A stretch of 57,848 bases of DNA from contig JYFJ02002389.1 in the NCBI GenBank assembly GCA_000934665.2, positions 1-57,848 of the forward strand. Direction: 5' to 3'. Below are positions 1 to 10,932 of the stretch, piece by piece. The translations under genes and the position numbers were made by a program. Every line of letters starts with the position of its first letter. Positions within the stretch are counted from its first letter, which is position 1. A model generated the notes under the pieces. It searched no databases and was not told where the DNA came from. It was given only the letters and a program-made list of their open reading frames with translations. Origin of the DNA: Catajapyx aquilonaris. Its lineage: Eukaryota.

Positions 1-95
1 ATGCCAACATTGTATAGCCATAATTATTGCAAATCGATGAGTCACTCCTACGGAAAAGTATTTCATAACCCGAGCAACGCCGGGTATCCTGCTAG
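1..95 (+). mobile_element. 3' terminus of a Helitron-like element (truncated by the window start)
   Basis: Short GC hairpin ACCCG-agcaacgc-CGGGT (68-85) followed closely by CTAG (92-95) and then T, the canonical Helitron 3' end layout. Confidence 0.6.
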
Positions 96-224
96 TACTC
101 ACTAAAATAATGAATAGGGAGATCTGACCGGCCTCCTTTCACGTCATTCGCATTCTATGGAACTTTGAAGCATAAAGCCATATAAATAAAATCTGCAACT
201 ATACCAAGCATTATTTCCCGACGC

Positions 225-226
<2 letters not shown>

Positions 227-298
<72 letters not shown>
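227..298. repeat. (ATT)n microsatellite
   Basis: Direct reading, about 24 units. Confidence 0.95.
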
Positions 299-319
299 GA
301 GCATTTTGCTCCCGTATAG

Positions 320-338
320 TTATTCCTTGCTTAAATAA
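320..338 (+). CDS. Terminal coding exon of an upstream third copy of the orphan acidic-protein gene (rest lies outside the window)
   Basis: cccgtatag|T TAT TCC TTG CTT AAA TAA matches the terminal exons at 8272-8290 and 13161-13179. Flanking sequence at 130-170 and 340-640 also matches the other two copies. Confidence 0.5.
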
Positions 339-648
339 GACGTCCTTTCCCGTTATTAAAAGTGACTATTATTTCTTCCTTTCTTCCTGGAACTTAGGGT
401 GGGGATGATATACGGATCCCTGGAGGACGTGGGGACAGAATCTGACCGGCCGATATGAACAAGCTGTCGTGGGTGCCCAGTATATACCTCCAGGAGCTGG
501 GGATGGATTGTGTGGTGGAGGGTGTGATAGTAGTTGGAACGAACCCACATGTGCATGCTGAGGGGGAAAATAAGTATAACACTTAGAAGATAGTAATAAA
601 GCTTTTGGTGTTACCTTCATCGTCATTCTAATTAGTTGAAGATCATTA

Positions 649-1046
649 CCAGGAATTTGTCCGTTCGGACCCGGCCGGCCTTATACATATACGGCCATAA
701 AAGAGCTCATAACTTCCGTGTATACTGTATAAGCATACCCAGTTAATTAAAAACATGTCACGAGACGATAACTTCAGCAAGGAATATCATTCCATATTAA
801 ATGATTTAGAATTAAGGGAGATATTTTATTCCAATCGTTCTTATATGAACCCTGATGATACATGAGGTAATGTGTTTTTATGTTTTTCATTGGAAGTATA
901 ATAATAGTCGGAAAAGCATAAGAAAAACATGTCCTGAGGTGCATATCAGAGGTATAGTTTACAAAAACAAAACAAGAAAATATGTTACATTTGAAGAGAT
1001 ATTTTATTCGAATTATATTAACAGTGTTAACATAATTTATTCCTGG
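649..1046. mobile_element. Small MITE-like insertion with short TIRs
   Basis: TA|CCAGGAAT ... ATTCCTGG|TA. The paralogous block near 13520 lacks this roughly 400-bp segment. Confidence 0.5.
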
Positions 1047-2051
1047 TAACGTACCTGCCTGCGTGCTTTTCTCTTCCAACGGATTGCAAGGCGGGCATTA
1101 CACAATATTCCACAGTATCGGCAGCCGTCTTCACAGCAAAATAAGTATTATCCCACATACATGTATATCGCACGTATGATTGAGTCAGTCGAAATAAATT
1201 ATTCTAGTCACCATTGTAGTTGGAAGCCTAGTCGAATATTAAAGATTCAGGATATATGTCTCACTGTATCATCAAGCTTATTGCTACAATACAGTGTACA
1301 GTATTGCAAAATTATATCTATACTGTATAAAAAACTGCTTGTTGGTGCATCAGTGTTCCTGTATGGAAATTGATGTAAACATAACCTATACCAAATGGAT
1401 TTGTGTTGCCAAACCTGGATGTAATTTGCAGTTATCAGAAATGTTAATCGCAGGTATCATCATATTGAAGTGCGTTGTTTGGAATATGGAAGGATATTGC
1501 ATATCACATATCATTAGTACAGGTGTGTATGTGCATTGGATGAAGATAATACTTGCTAAAAATACTGAACAGAATATTACAAGAGTACAGTATTCTACAT
1601 GTGTTTGGGTTTGGGCACACATTTCTCTCAATATATTATTCAATAGTCGAATAGTGGGACAAGTACACGGGAAACTTGGTCCGTAACATTCTGTAATATT
1701 TCCCCTCCATACGTAATTATGATGGACCTTATTCATTACATGCTCAACCAGGTTTTTATCAGTTTCAGGCTGAAGCACATGCAATAAATATTGTTGATGA
1801 TTAAAGATGATGAGGACCGAAGTTCGGTCTCCCGATCAGGCAAATAGATTTTCTGAGCAAATATTGTATTGCTGCGTTGCCTATTCTCTTGTGTCAGTGA
1901 CAATGTAATCAGAAGTTCCAACAGAGAGTGTTTGATTAGCCCCGTTGGCTAGCAACAATCTGGCATTTACTTATATTACAGAGAGAGGGTCAGTGATGGC
2001 CTAAATTTTTTGAGTACTAATACCGAACAAGTTAGTGAAACCAATATAGCC

Positions 2052-4101
2052 ATGACGGATTTACCGGTGAGTGACGTCACACTATGAGTACCTAACCATT
2101 AGCTAGCACCCTGATGTAACAGTTGGGATGATGTCTGTTTCAGAATCATGACAAAAATCCAGTCAAGGATAGCAAAAGGATCATCTTCTGGAAACGGCCC
2201 ATTCAGTTGAGTTCGTGGTTGACTTTTTGCGAGAAAAGACAGCTGGCTAAGAAGCAGGTCAGTATTTAGAAGCTCAATTTGACATGTAAAATAGAGGTTG
2301 AAAATTTGGCTTGACTATGATTGTATGTGAATGGGCCGTGATTATTTGAAAACGGCGCTCGCATACACGCAGCGAAATATTCTGCGTGTGTCTGACAAAA
2401 CCGGACAAAACCGTGGAGAAAGGGAAATTGGTCAAGTTCATGTATAAGTTGCAGGTCACAGTGCAGTAGGCCTATTATATCGCCATTGACATCGCGTCTT
2501 GACTCTGTTGCAAATAAATAATCATTTTTGACGGGCTGGGTGCAAGAGGGGCCCATCCCGCTTATAGGCCAAAAAGACGTTTTTTACTGATTTGATAGTA
2601 AATACCATATGTGAGTGACATGAAAAACCTGCTCGAGTTTGCATTGGCCCTGGCGCCATTAAAAATCATTAAGACTACCCTGATCGGCAAGATGTAAGGA
2701 GATCTTAGCGGATTTGGTAAGAATGGCACGTATCCTAACCCATTACAAGATGACTGCAGCAACTGCCTATGACCAGAATTAATGTAATATAATTAATGCA
2801 TATGAATATATTAATTAATATGATTAGACTAAATATCCATCATATACTCAACAAACGATATAAAAGTTAACGCAAATAAGTGAGCTGGAATATTTAAGGC
2901 TGGGCCTATAATATTATCAGTAGCCTCAGGTAGCCTATATTTCTAAGGACCGTATTCATAATTCATTAGAATGCAATTCGCCCCCCCGAATCTACTATAG
3001 TCGAACCCCTCGCATTCAGCTGTCAAATGTTAACTCTGGAAGAATGCTTTCGATCTGATTATATTTTTCGTGTGTTATTAAAAATATATAAAAGTGGCAA
3101 TTTTTCCCTTTACATCATCATTTCTCAAAATGAATGTATAGGTTGAGATGGGTCCATCTTGCACCAATTTTACAGCTGGTCAAATTCAGCAGGGGGTGGG
3201 TGGGGAGTGACCTAACCTGAGTCTTCTACAACCATGCTCCAACTCCATGTAAAAACTGGCTTCAATTTTTCTTAGCAGTTATGTATCTAGTAGTTATATA
3301 GCAGATATCTTTGGTTGTGGGCCAGTCCACCGGCGGATACTATACTGTTTCTGTGGCCCCGAATGCTCCTGTACTATTGGTGTGAAAATCAAAGCACTGA
3401 CGCAAAATGCTCACTATCGACGTCTGTAATTCACGTGGCTGTTATTCTGAAGCGTTTATTTTATTTTATAGCAAGAGATGCTGGAGGAACTGAAATCTGG
3501 AAAACTGGATGCCGTCAAGCACAATTTCTCCTCCCTTGCAGGAACAAGCACTGGCAGTAGCAGCTGCTTGGAACATGGCAGTGGCAGCTGCTTGGAACAT
3601 GACAGTGGCAACTGCTTGGAACATATGCCAGACACTGTCTGGACCTCGACAATTCACGAGGGAGAAAAGGATGATTGCTCCCGGACCTCCAACCCAAAGT
3701 GGACTTTTAGCATCGCCTCTGCAGAGAATACACCGTCCATAATCGACCAGGTGTGGAGGCAGGTTTCTCAGCCGAAACATAAGCGGCCGTCCACTGATGA
3801 GCCAAAGAAGGTGCCTTTCATGACAGATGCAGACGACGACGCTGAGCCCAGCAAGGAATATCGCCTACACGTCAACGGGCGAAAGAAAAGGCCGTTCCTG
3901 ACAGACGATTTGGACGACGATGGGTTCGACGAGGAAGAGGACCAACACTACGACTGGGAGAAGCATAGGTGGGACCTTATCACCGTGGAAGACAGATATA
4001 GAACCTTTAGGAGGACTGGTCTATCCATCGACGAGGAAACCTTCGACGAAATGGTCCACAGGTGAGCATACTCTTGACATAACTAACTTAGGTGAATAGT
4101 G

Positions 4102-4154
<53 letters not shown>

Positions 4155-7100
4155 CCTTTCACGTCATCCTATGGAACGTTGAAACAGAAAGAATTAGATC
4201 ATTCGATGACTTTTCTTAAATAAAATCTAACAACTTATTATTTCCCCACACTATTACTAACACGAGCAAAAGGATGGCCCAGGCGGCTGGTTGTAGACTT
4301 GGTTTATTTTGCTTTGCTTTGCTTTGTTTTATTTTGTTAGTTAGAAAATTAATATTGCAAGAGAGGCGGAAACCGAAGCCACGAGGTCTAATAAATTACT
4401 GGTTTTCATGTGTTTTGGGGTATATATATATATATATATATATATACCCACAATTATATATATATAATAATTGAGGTGGTGAAAATCAAAAACCGACAGC
4501 TCCGTCATAAACGTAACGGAGAAAAACGAGAAAAACCTACAGTTTCGCCGTATATGTCAATGTAAATTCCTGACTTTAGCGGCTATTCTCATGTACATAT
4601 GTAGGGTTTTTGATACCATATTCAGGTATTATGTAGTCCATGGCATGAGGAATGCATTTCCGGCGCTAACTCATTTTTTTTTATTTTCTGGAGCTGTCGG
4701 TTTTTGATTTTCACCCCCTCAATTGTGGGTAATGCTTTCACCCCTCACGGGGTATATCGCATGAACCTTTATTTTCCAGTTTTTTCTCTTAACCCTTTAA
4801 TTGATAATGTCCCTCCCTTCACTCCGGTGCAAGGAATCAAGGAAATTGGGTAGGGATAGGGATTTATCGGGGAGGGGACACGGGTGCAGGTGCAATGTCG
4901 TTAAACGGGTCATGTGCAGTCCCCCAGGAGGCTAGGTTGCCAGACACCTCCTTGGTGCAGGTCAGAGACCCTCATCCCGACGCAGGTGAAAGGAAAGTTC
5001 CCCAAGCGGGGCTCGAACCTGGGGCCTTTCACTCAGAAAGCCGAGACGTTAACATCTCGGCCACCACACCTCCCTTATTTTGGGGTATACACTATGTACA
5101 GTACTTGTATTTCACAAGTACAATATAATATTATAATCATCGCTGATTTCAGAAGCAACTATTGCATAAATTCACGTATGCACAAAATCATGATAATCAC
5201 ACATCGTCGGCCATAATAGACCATTTTAGAAAAACAGGAGAGCTAATAATAATAGATTTAAAATCGCAGTGTCACTGTATTAGCCAAAAAAATATATAAA
5301 AAACCTTTTTAAGAACACGCTTTATATTTCCAAGTGCACTAAAAAGTAGAAAATAATTTCTTCCTCAATCTTCAGCTTTCTCTTTTACCTTGAACTGAAC
5401 CGAAGATTCATGACTTTCTTTCCATGGAATTCAGCTACTGCAGTATATTGTCTTGCTTTACTTACATTCTTATACGGCCTACATGACGAAAAATAAAGCG
5501 TGGGCACTAAAATTTTAATACTGTACATGGTTATATTTCATGCCATGGAAGTAGATAATGTGTGATTAAGTGCCCACGCTTTATTTTTCGTCCTGTAGGC
5601 CGTATAAGAATGTAAGTAAAGCAAGACAATACTGCAGTATTAGCTGAATTCCATGGAAAGAAAGTCATGAATCTTCTGTTCAGTTCAAGGTAAAAGAGAA
5701 AGCTGAAGATTGAGGGAGAAATTATTTTCTACTTTTTAGTGCACTTGGAAATATAAAGCGTGTTCTTAAAAAGGTTTTTTATATATTTTTATTTTAACTG
5801 GTTTTTAGTGATAAAGTGGAAGGAATGACAGATGGATAGTACATGGGGCGTAAGGTGAATGGTGCCAGCAGACTGTGATTTGTAATCTTTTCACTTTGTC
5901 ACTAAAAAACAGTCCAGGGGTTACTCCCTCCCTGTAGTTTGGAGGAAGCGAACTGGATACTGAGAGCCAGTAACTCCAGTGACTGGCGTGGAGATAGCTA
6001 ACAGACCGACTCACGTGACTACTACCGCTAGTAGGTATGGAAGTTGCAAATTCACCCATCATGTGACTACTACCGCCAGATGGTAGGGAGGTAGCGAACA
6101 CACCCATTCACCTGACTGCCTCCAGATAATGGTGTGGAAGTGGCGGATCAGCCCACGGACACTACCCCTATCTTCTGGGCTTATCACCTGCCGAGGGATT
6201 ACGCACCGGGTGCTCCCTTGACACCGCCACAAGACATTTCCCAGAGCATTTATGTGGCGACCCTACCGGACTAAGGCTGAACTTTATAGGTACGAAAGGG
6301 GAGGGCTACATTGGGGGGCCCAACATGGCCGCCGGCGGCCATGTTGGGCCAGCATGTAGCCCTCGAGCCCTCCCCTTTCGTACCTATAAAGTTCAGCCTT
6401 CCGGTAGGGTCGCCACATAAATGCTCTGGGAAATGTCTTGTGGCGGTGTCAAGGGAGCACCCGGTGCGTAATCCCTCGGCGCAGGGGGTGGGTGGGGAGT
6501 GACCTAACCTGAGTCTTCAATAACCATGTGGCGGATGACCCCCAAACGATGCGGTGGAAGACGAAGTGACCTCATAAACTAAAGTGACTACTACCGCCAA
6601 AAACGTTGAGGTTGCGAAGTGACCCCTAACGGTAATTGTGGAAGTTGCAAATCCACCGACTCACGACGGACTCACGTGACTATTGCTGCTAGATGGCATG
6701 GAGATTGCGAACACAGCCAATGACGTGACTACCTGACTAGGATGTAGGGGAAGTAGCGACGGAGATGTGCAGCGATGTGCGAAACTCACGTGACTACTGC
6801 CGCCGTCTGGCGTTGATGTTGCAAAGTCAGCGCTAATGTGAATACCAACCGCTAGATGGTGTGGGAAGGCGCGAAATCAGCCCTAACGTTAATACCTAGC
6901 GATAGATGGTGGGGCAATGCTACTACTGCCAGATGGGTAGCCAATCACGTGACTACCTCCCGATGATGTGGTGGAAGGAGCGTCGGAGATGTGTAGCGAT
7001 GGTAGGGAGGTAGCGAACACAGGCAATCACGTGACTACCTCCCGATAGCGATGGGGACCTCACGTGACTATTGCCTCCAACTGGCGTTGATGTGGCATAG

Positions 7101-8290
7101 TCACCCCTAATGTGAATACCAACCGCTAGATGGTGTGGGAAGGCGCGAAATCACCCCTAACGTTAATACCTACCGATAGATGGTGGGGCAATGGCGAAGA
7201 GAGGGGTGGACAAAGCGACAAACACACAAATCTGCTCACAGACAAAGTGAAGCTAATATAAAGCGTGTAGGCTATATATCTGGCGTTGAGGTGGCGAAAG
7301 TGTGGAAGTAATGAATTTCATTGGGACAATGCATGGCAATGCATTGATTTTCTTTGTCTGAGAAAATTATTAAATTTAATTCAGTGTAATAAATTAAATG
7401 GATATTGGTATTTGGTACCAGCCACGGTCCAAGCTGTAGATCGATGAAGTGCGGCGTTGCCACGTTCATGAGGCTAGTAGTGTACAGTAAGTAGGCCTAC
7501 CCGTTTTACGCCGTTCCATTTTACGCCGCTTCACATTAACGCCGGATTGAAAATGACGCCTTTAAAATTTTTAATTGAAAAATTGTAAACCATTTGACGA
7601 TAGCAACACAATCTGAACATACACACATCAGTGCATCACTTCTGAGTCCAAACACACGACCGTAAATGCACTTTTTCGTTTTTCGTGGTACTTTGTGGCG
7701 GGGTCTATTGATAAGTACAGTACCGTATTGTTGAGCTGGGCCTAAGACCGCATGGGCTCGTCACTCTCCCTACGTGCTACGTCTACTGCATTTCTTGCCA
7801 AAAGAAGGGAAAAGAGGCCTCAGAACCCGATGGCCCTCAACCTGGAACCTCCCATTAAATGTGCATAATAAATGTTTCAAAGAGTCAGCATTAAAAACAG
7901 CAATTTACGTAAGTAGTGTCTGAGGGATTTTTTTTTGTGGAAATCTTGGAACCTATCTCATTTGCTTCCATTATAATTTTGTCTCGTTTTACGCCTTTTC
8001 ACTTTATGCCGCATTTTGCTGGAACCAATTACCGGCGTAAAACGAGTACTATACCTTGTATATTCCGGAAAGACACCACCTTGGACAAGGGGTTGTTATT
8101 CACTAAGGGTAGTCCGTGTGGCGTGTACACTTTCGTAGGTATATAGTCCGGGGGTAGTCCGTGGTAGTCCGAGGGTAGTCCGTGTATGCAAAAAATGTAA
8201 GTGAATAACCCTTGTTTCATGTCGGTGGATATTCCCTCTTCTTATAAGGCTTCTTATAATTTTTCCTATAGTAATTCCTTGTTTAAATAA
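2052..8290 (+). CDS. Orphan acidic low-complexity protein, tandem copy A (4 exons, about 245 aa)
   Basis: Exons 2052-2066 (MTDLP|gtgagt), 2144-2257 (NHDKNP...AKKQ|gtcagt), 3472-4061 (QEMLEEL...DEMVH AG|gtgagc), 8272-8290 (S-NSLFK*). All junctions are GT-AG and phase-compatible, and the structure is conserved in copy B. No recognisable domain. Confidence 0.7.
4104..4150. repeat. (GA)n microsatellite
   Basis: Direct reading. Confidence 0.95.
4473..4720. mobile_element. MITE, Sola-like termini
   Basis: About 30-bp TIR GAGGTGGTGAAAATCAAAAACCGACAGCTCC / GGAGCTGTCGGTTTTTGATTTTCACCCCCTC flanked on both sides by AATT (4-bp TSD, GAG...CTC ends). Confidence 0.75.
4810..5074 (-). mobile_element. tRNA-derived SINE, family 1
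   Basis: Minus strand has A-box-like TGGCCGAGATG and B-box GGTTCGAGCCC. Second copy at 53318-53477; the 3' part matches the insertion at 30270-30405. Confidence 0.75.
5287..5790. repeat. Long inverted repeat (about 220-bp arms, about 60-bp spacer), foldback element or inverted duplication
   Basis: 5287-5508 is the near-perfect reverse complement of 5569-5790, with a few substitutions and small indels. Confidence 0.9.
5940..7270. repeat. Degenerate tandem-repeat tract (CACGTGACTAC... units), probably the body of a non-autonomous Helitron/HINE-like element
   Basis: Recurring tcacgtgactacNNccg...gatgg units; 6787-6920 is duplicated at 7061-7195; the tract ends in caaagtgaagctaatataaagcgtgta (7243-7269). 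Confidence 0.6.
6190..6480. mobile_element. GC-rich 290-bp palindromic (foldback) element
   Basis: gccgagggattacgcaccggg... / ...cccggtgcgtaatccctcggc with a perfect spacerless 34-bp core at 6317-6350. Confidence 0.85.
7490..8050. mobile_element. Degenerate pogo/Tc1-mariner-type MITE
   Basis: Inverted ends cgttttacgccg (7502) / cggcgtaaaacg (8032) with sub-terminal ttttacgcc repeats. Internal 7843-7878 recurs at about 53968-54002. Confidence 0.55.
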
Positions 8291-9089
8291 GACATCTTTT
8301 CCCGTTACAAAAAGTTTCTTTACCATGTTAAATTACAATATTATTTATTTATTCCTCTCTTCCTGGAACATAGGGTGAGGATGTCGCAACTCTAAAACGG
8401 TAGGATGAGGAACCCTGGAGGACGTCAGGACAACTCCTGACCGGCCGACATGAACAAGCTGTACCTCAAGGAGACTGGGAATGGATTGTGTGCAGGGGGG
8501 GGGGGGGGGNGGTAGGGGGTATGTGATAGTTGGAGTGAACCCATATGTGCATGAGGGGAAAATATAAGTCTGAAAATTAGAAGTAATAAAAAGCCTTTGG
8601 TATTATCTTCATCATCATTCTTATGAGCCAAGATTACCTGTCAGAGCCGATACACGCCTCATATGCAGGTGGTCATGAGTTATTGTGTGCATGATTCGGG
8701 ACCTTCTTTGAACATATCTTCTCCATATGCCTATGTCAGCGTGGATTACGACTCACTGGCTATCTTCTTGAGGCAAAAGCAGAATTTCAGCACCGCGTAC
8801 TGCTCCACACATGTCGATTCCATGACTCGAGAGACGACAAAATAAGGGGGGGGGGGGNGGGGGGGGGGGATGTGGTGTTTGTGCTGCCACCACACCCACA
8901 TGATGCGCAGTAGACTTCTGCGCATAAGCATGCACATCCATTTTCGACAAGAGTACTTGAATATATCACCATAATGATAGTACTTCCTATAATATTTTCT
9001 CATTTAATAAATCATGGTCAGTCTTTATTGAAAGGCGCCCTTATAGATTCCCCCAAGTGGCCACACCATGCACATAGAATACTAATTAG

Positions 9090-10095
9090 GGAACTTCGCA
9101 CATTACAAATTGATTTTCTGAATGAAACCTGGCACAATAATAGAGGCAAGTAAGTAATTCATCAAAATGCAAACCATTTCGGTTGAGCGATACAAGGTCA
9201 AAAGTTATGCCCTCTCGAAGTCATCCCTCACAGCTTATACCTAAGCGGGAAGGGTATAAATCACTGGCAGATGAAAAGAAGCATAGCAAATGAGCATTTG
9301 AAGACCTATAGTAAAAAAGGTAGTAAGTGCCATTTTGGGAGAATTCAGAAAATGATGTTTTTCTCGTGGCATCACTATGAGGTGACATAATTATGAAATA
9401 ATATTCTATTGACTGCAAGGAAAACTACTACCGGTTGCTTCTGGCACTTGATGCCTATTTTACAATATTGCCCTAGACATTTACTACTGTTTTTACTTCA
9501 TATCTCCATTTTCGCATTTTTGGCACTTACTACCTTTTTTACTATAGGTCTTCATTTATGCATTTTTAAAATTATGTGTTCAAAACAAAATAAGCAAATA
9601 TGAATTTTAAGGTGTCGAAAACCTATATTTTCATACGCCAGTCATTCCAGGTATGTGACAAGTACTAGCTCTAACATGATGGTGACAAAAAGTTATTCTT
9701 TACATACACGTGGGTTTCCAACAAGTTTTCAACACCTTAGAATTCATATTTGCTGTCAAAAATGCAAAAGAGAGATTAGGAATGTGGTCTTTCTTATCTG
9801 AATCCCTCAGTGGACTACCCAAACCTGTGCATGTTGCCATATTGAGAGCTCTACTGATCAGAGTAATTAGCCCTTTCCAATTATGTAATAAAATGTATGG
9901 CTTTTTGAGCACAAAATCCGAAACTTCGCTCGTAAGGTAAGCAGTCCGGGATGACTTGGAGAGGTCATAAGACTCATAACTTTTAACCTTGTAGCACTCA
10001 GCCGAAACGGTTTGCATTTTGGTGACATGACTTACCTGCCTTAATATTGTGCCAAGTTTCATTCAGGAAATCCATTGACACATTCGGGAAGTTCC
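9090..10095. mobile_element. About 1-kb non-autonomous DNA transposon with about 120-bp imperfect TIRs
   Basis: ggaacttc...gaatgaaacctggcacaata...caaaatgcaaacc...aaaagttatg (9090-9209) mirrored by cataactttt...ggtttgcatttt...tattgtgccaagtttcattc...gaagttcc (9975-10095). Confidence 0.8.
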
Positions 10096-10348
10096 ATTGT
10101 AAGTTTCTATGGCCAAGCTATTCACGATGACTTTTTAAAGTTTATTAGTCTGAGTTTCACTAAACGTGGGAATAGCGTATGTTGATATGTAAGGATTTTA
10201 ACCCATCTTAATATTATTGTGAACTCCTTCAATATAGGAGATTTCTATAAGATTACAATGAGATAGGCATGACATCTGAAGGAATGCTCACTGAAATGCT
10301 GAAGATGACAGGTGGCTTACATGTGGAGGAGTCTTATAGCATCTACAC

Positions 10349-10697
10349 CATGGGTGGGCAAATTTTTTTCTCCGTGGGCCGCATAGAGATTTAAACAAAA
10401 ATTGACGAGCCGCATCTAACAAAAAAATTTTAACTTATAAAAAAGTTTACAATTATATATCCATCGTTTTAAATGAACTTCCATTAATCGCACAAATTCT
10501 CTGAAAATCGATAAAATTAGCTAAATATATAAATGAAAATGGCATGTATAAACAAAAAAACAATATTTTTGTGAATTTAATTAAAAAGAAAGGCACTGGC
10601 ATATTGCAATTTTAATTTTTCAGCATTTTCAGGAATACCGAAATTTTTCCGCGGGCCGCACAAATTGTCTTCGCAGGCCGTAGTTTGCCCACCCCTG
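10349..10697. mobile_element. hAT-family MITE
   Basis: TIR CATGGGTGGGCAAA / TTTGCCCACCCCTG, perfect 8-bp TSD ATCTACAC (10341-10348 and 10698-10705), internal gggccgca motifs. Confidence 0.9.
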
Positions 10698-10932
10698 ATC
10701 TACACGCACATCGGTATTTTGGGTCAGACTTGATAATACTATACTGTATAGCAGCACCCTTTGTGTGGCACTGACAATGTATTAATATCAGAAATGCCAA
10801 CAGAGACGGTTTGAAGAATTGGCCCCGTCGGCTAGCAACACACTGGCACATAATATTATTTATTACGGAGAAAGGTTGACGTATGGGTTGACGATCAGTG
10901 GCTTAGACCCGAATGAGTGAAACCAATTAGCC

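Noticed and set aside
8494..8870. Long G runs as G-quadruplex elements
   Set aside because: The runs contain N calls (also at 33461), so their length is unreliable; homopolymer sequencing problem.
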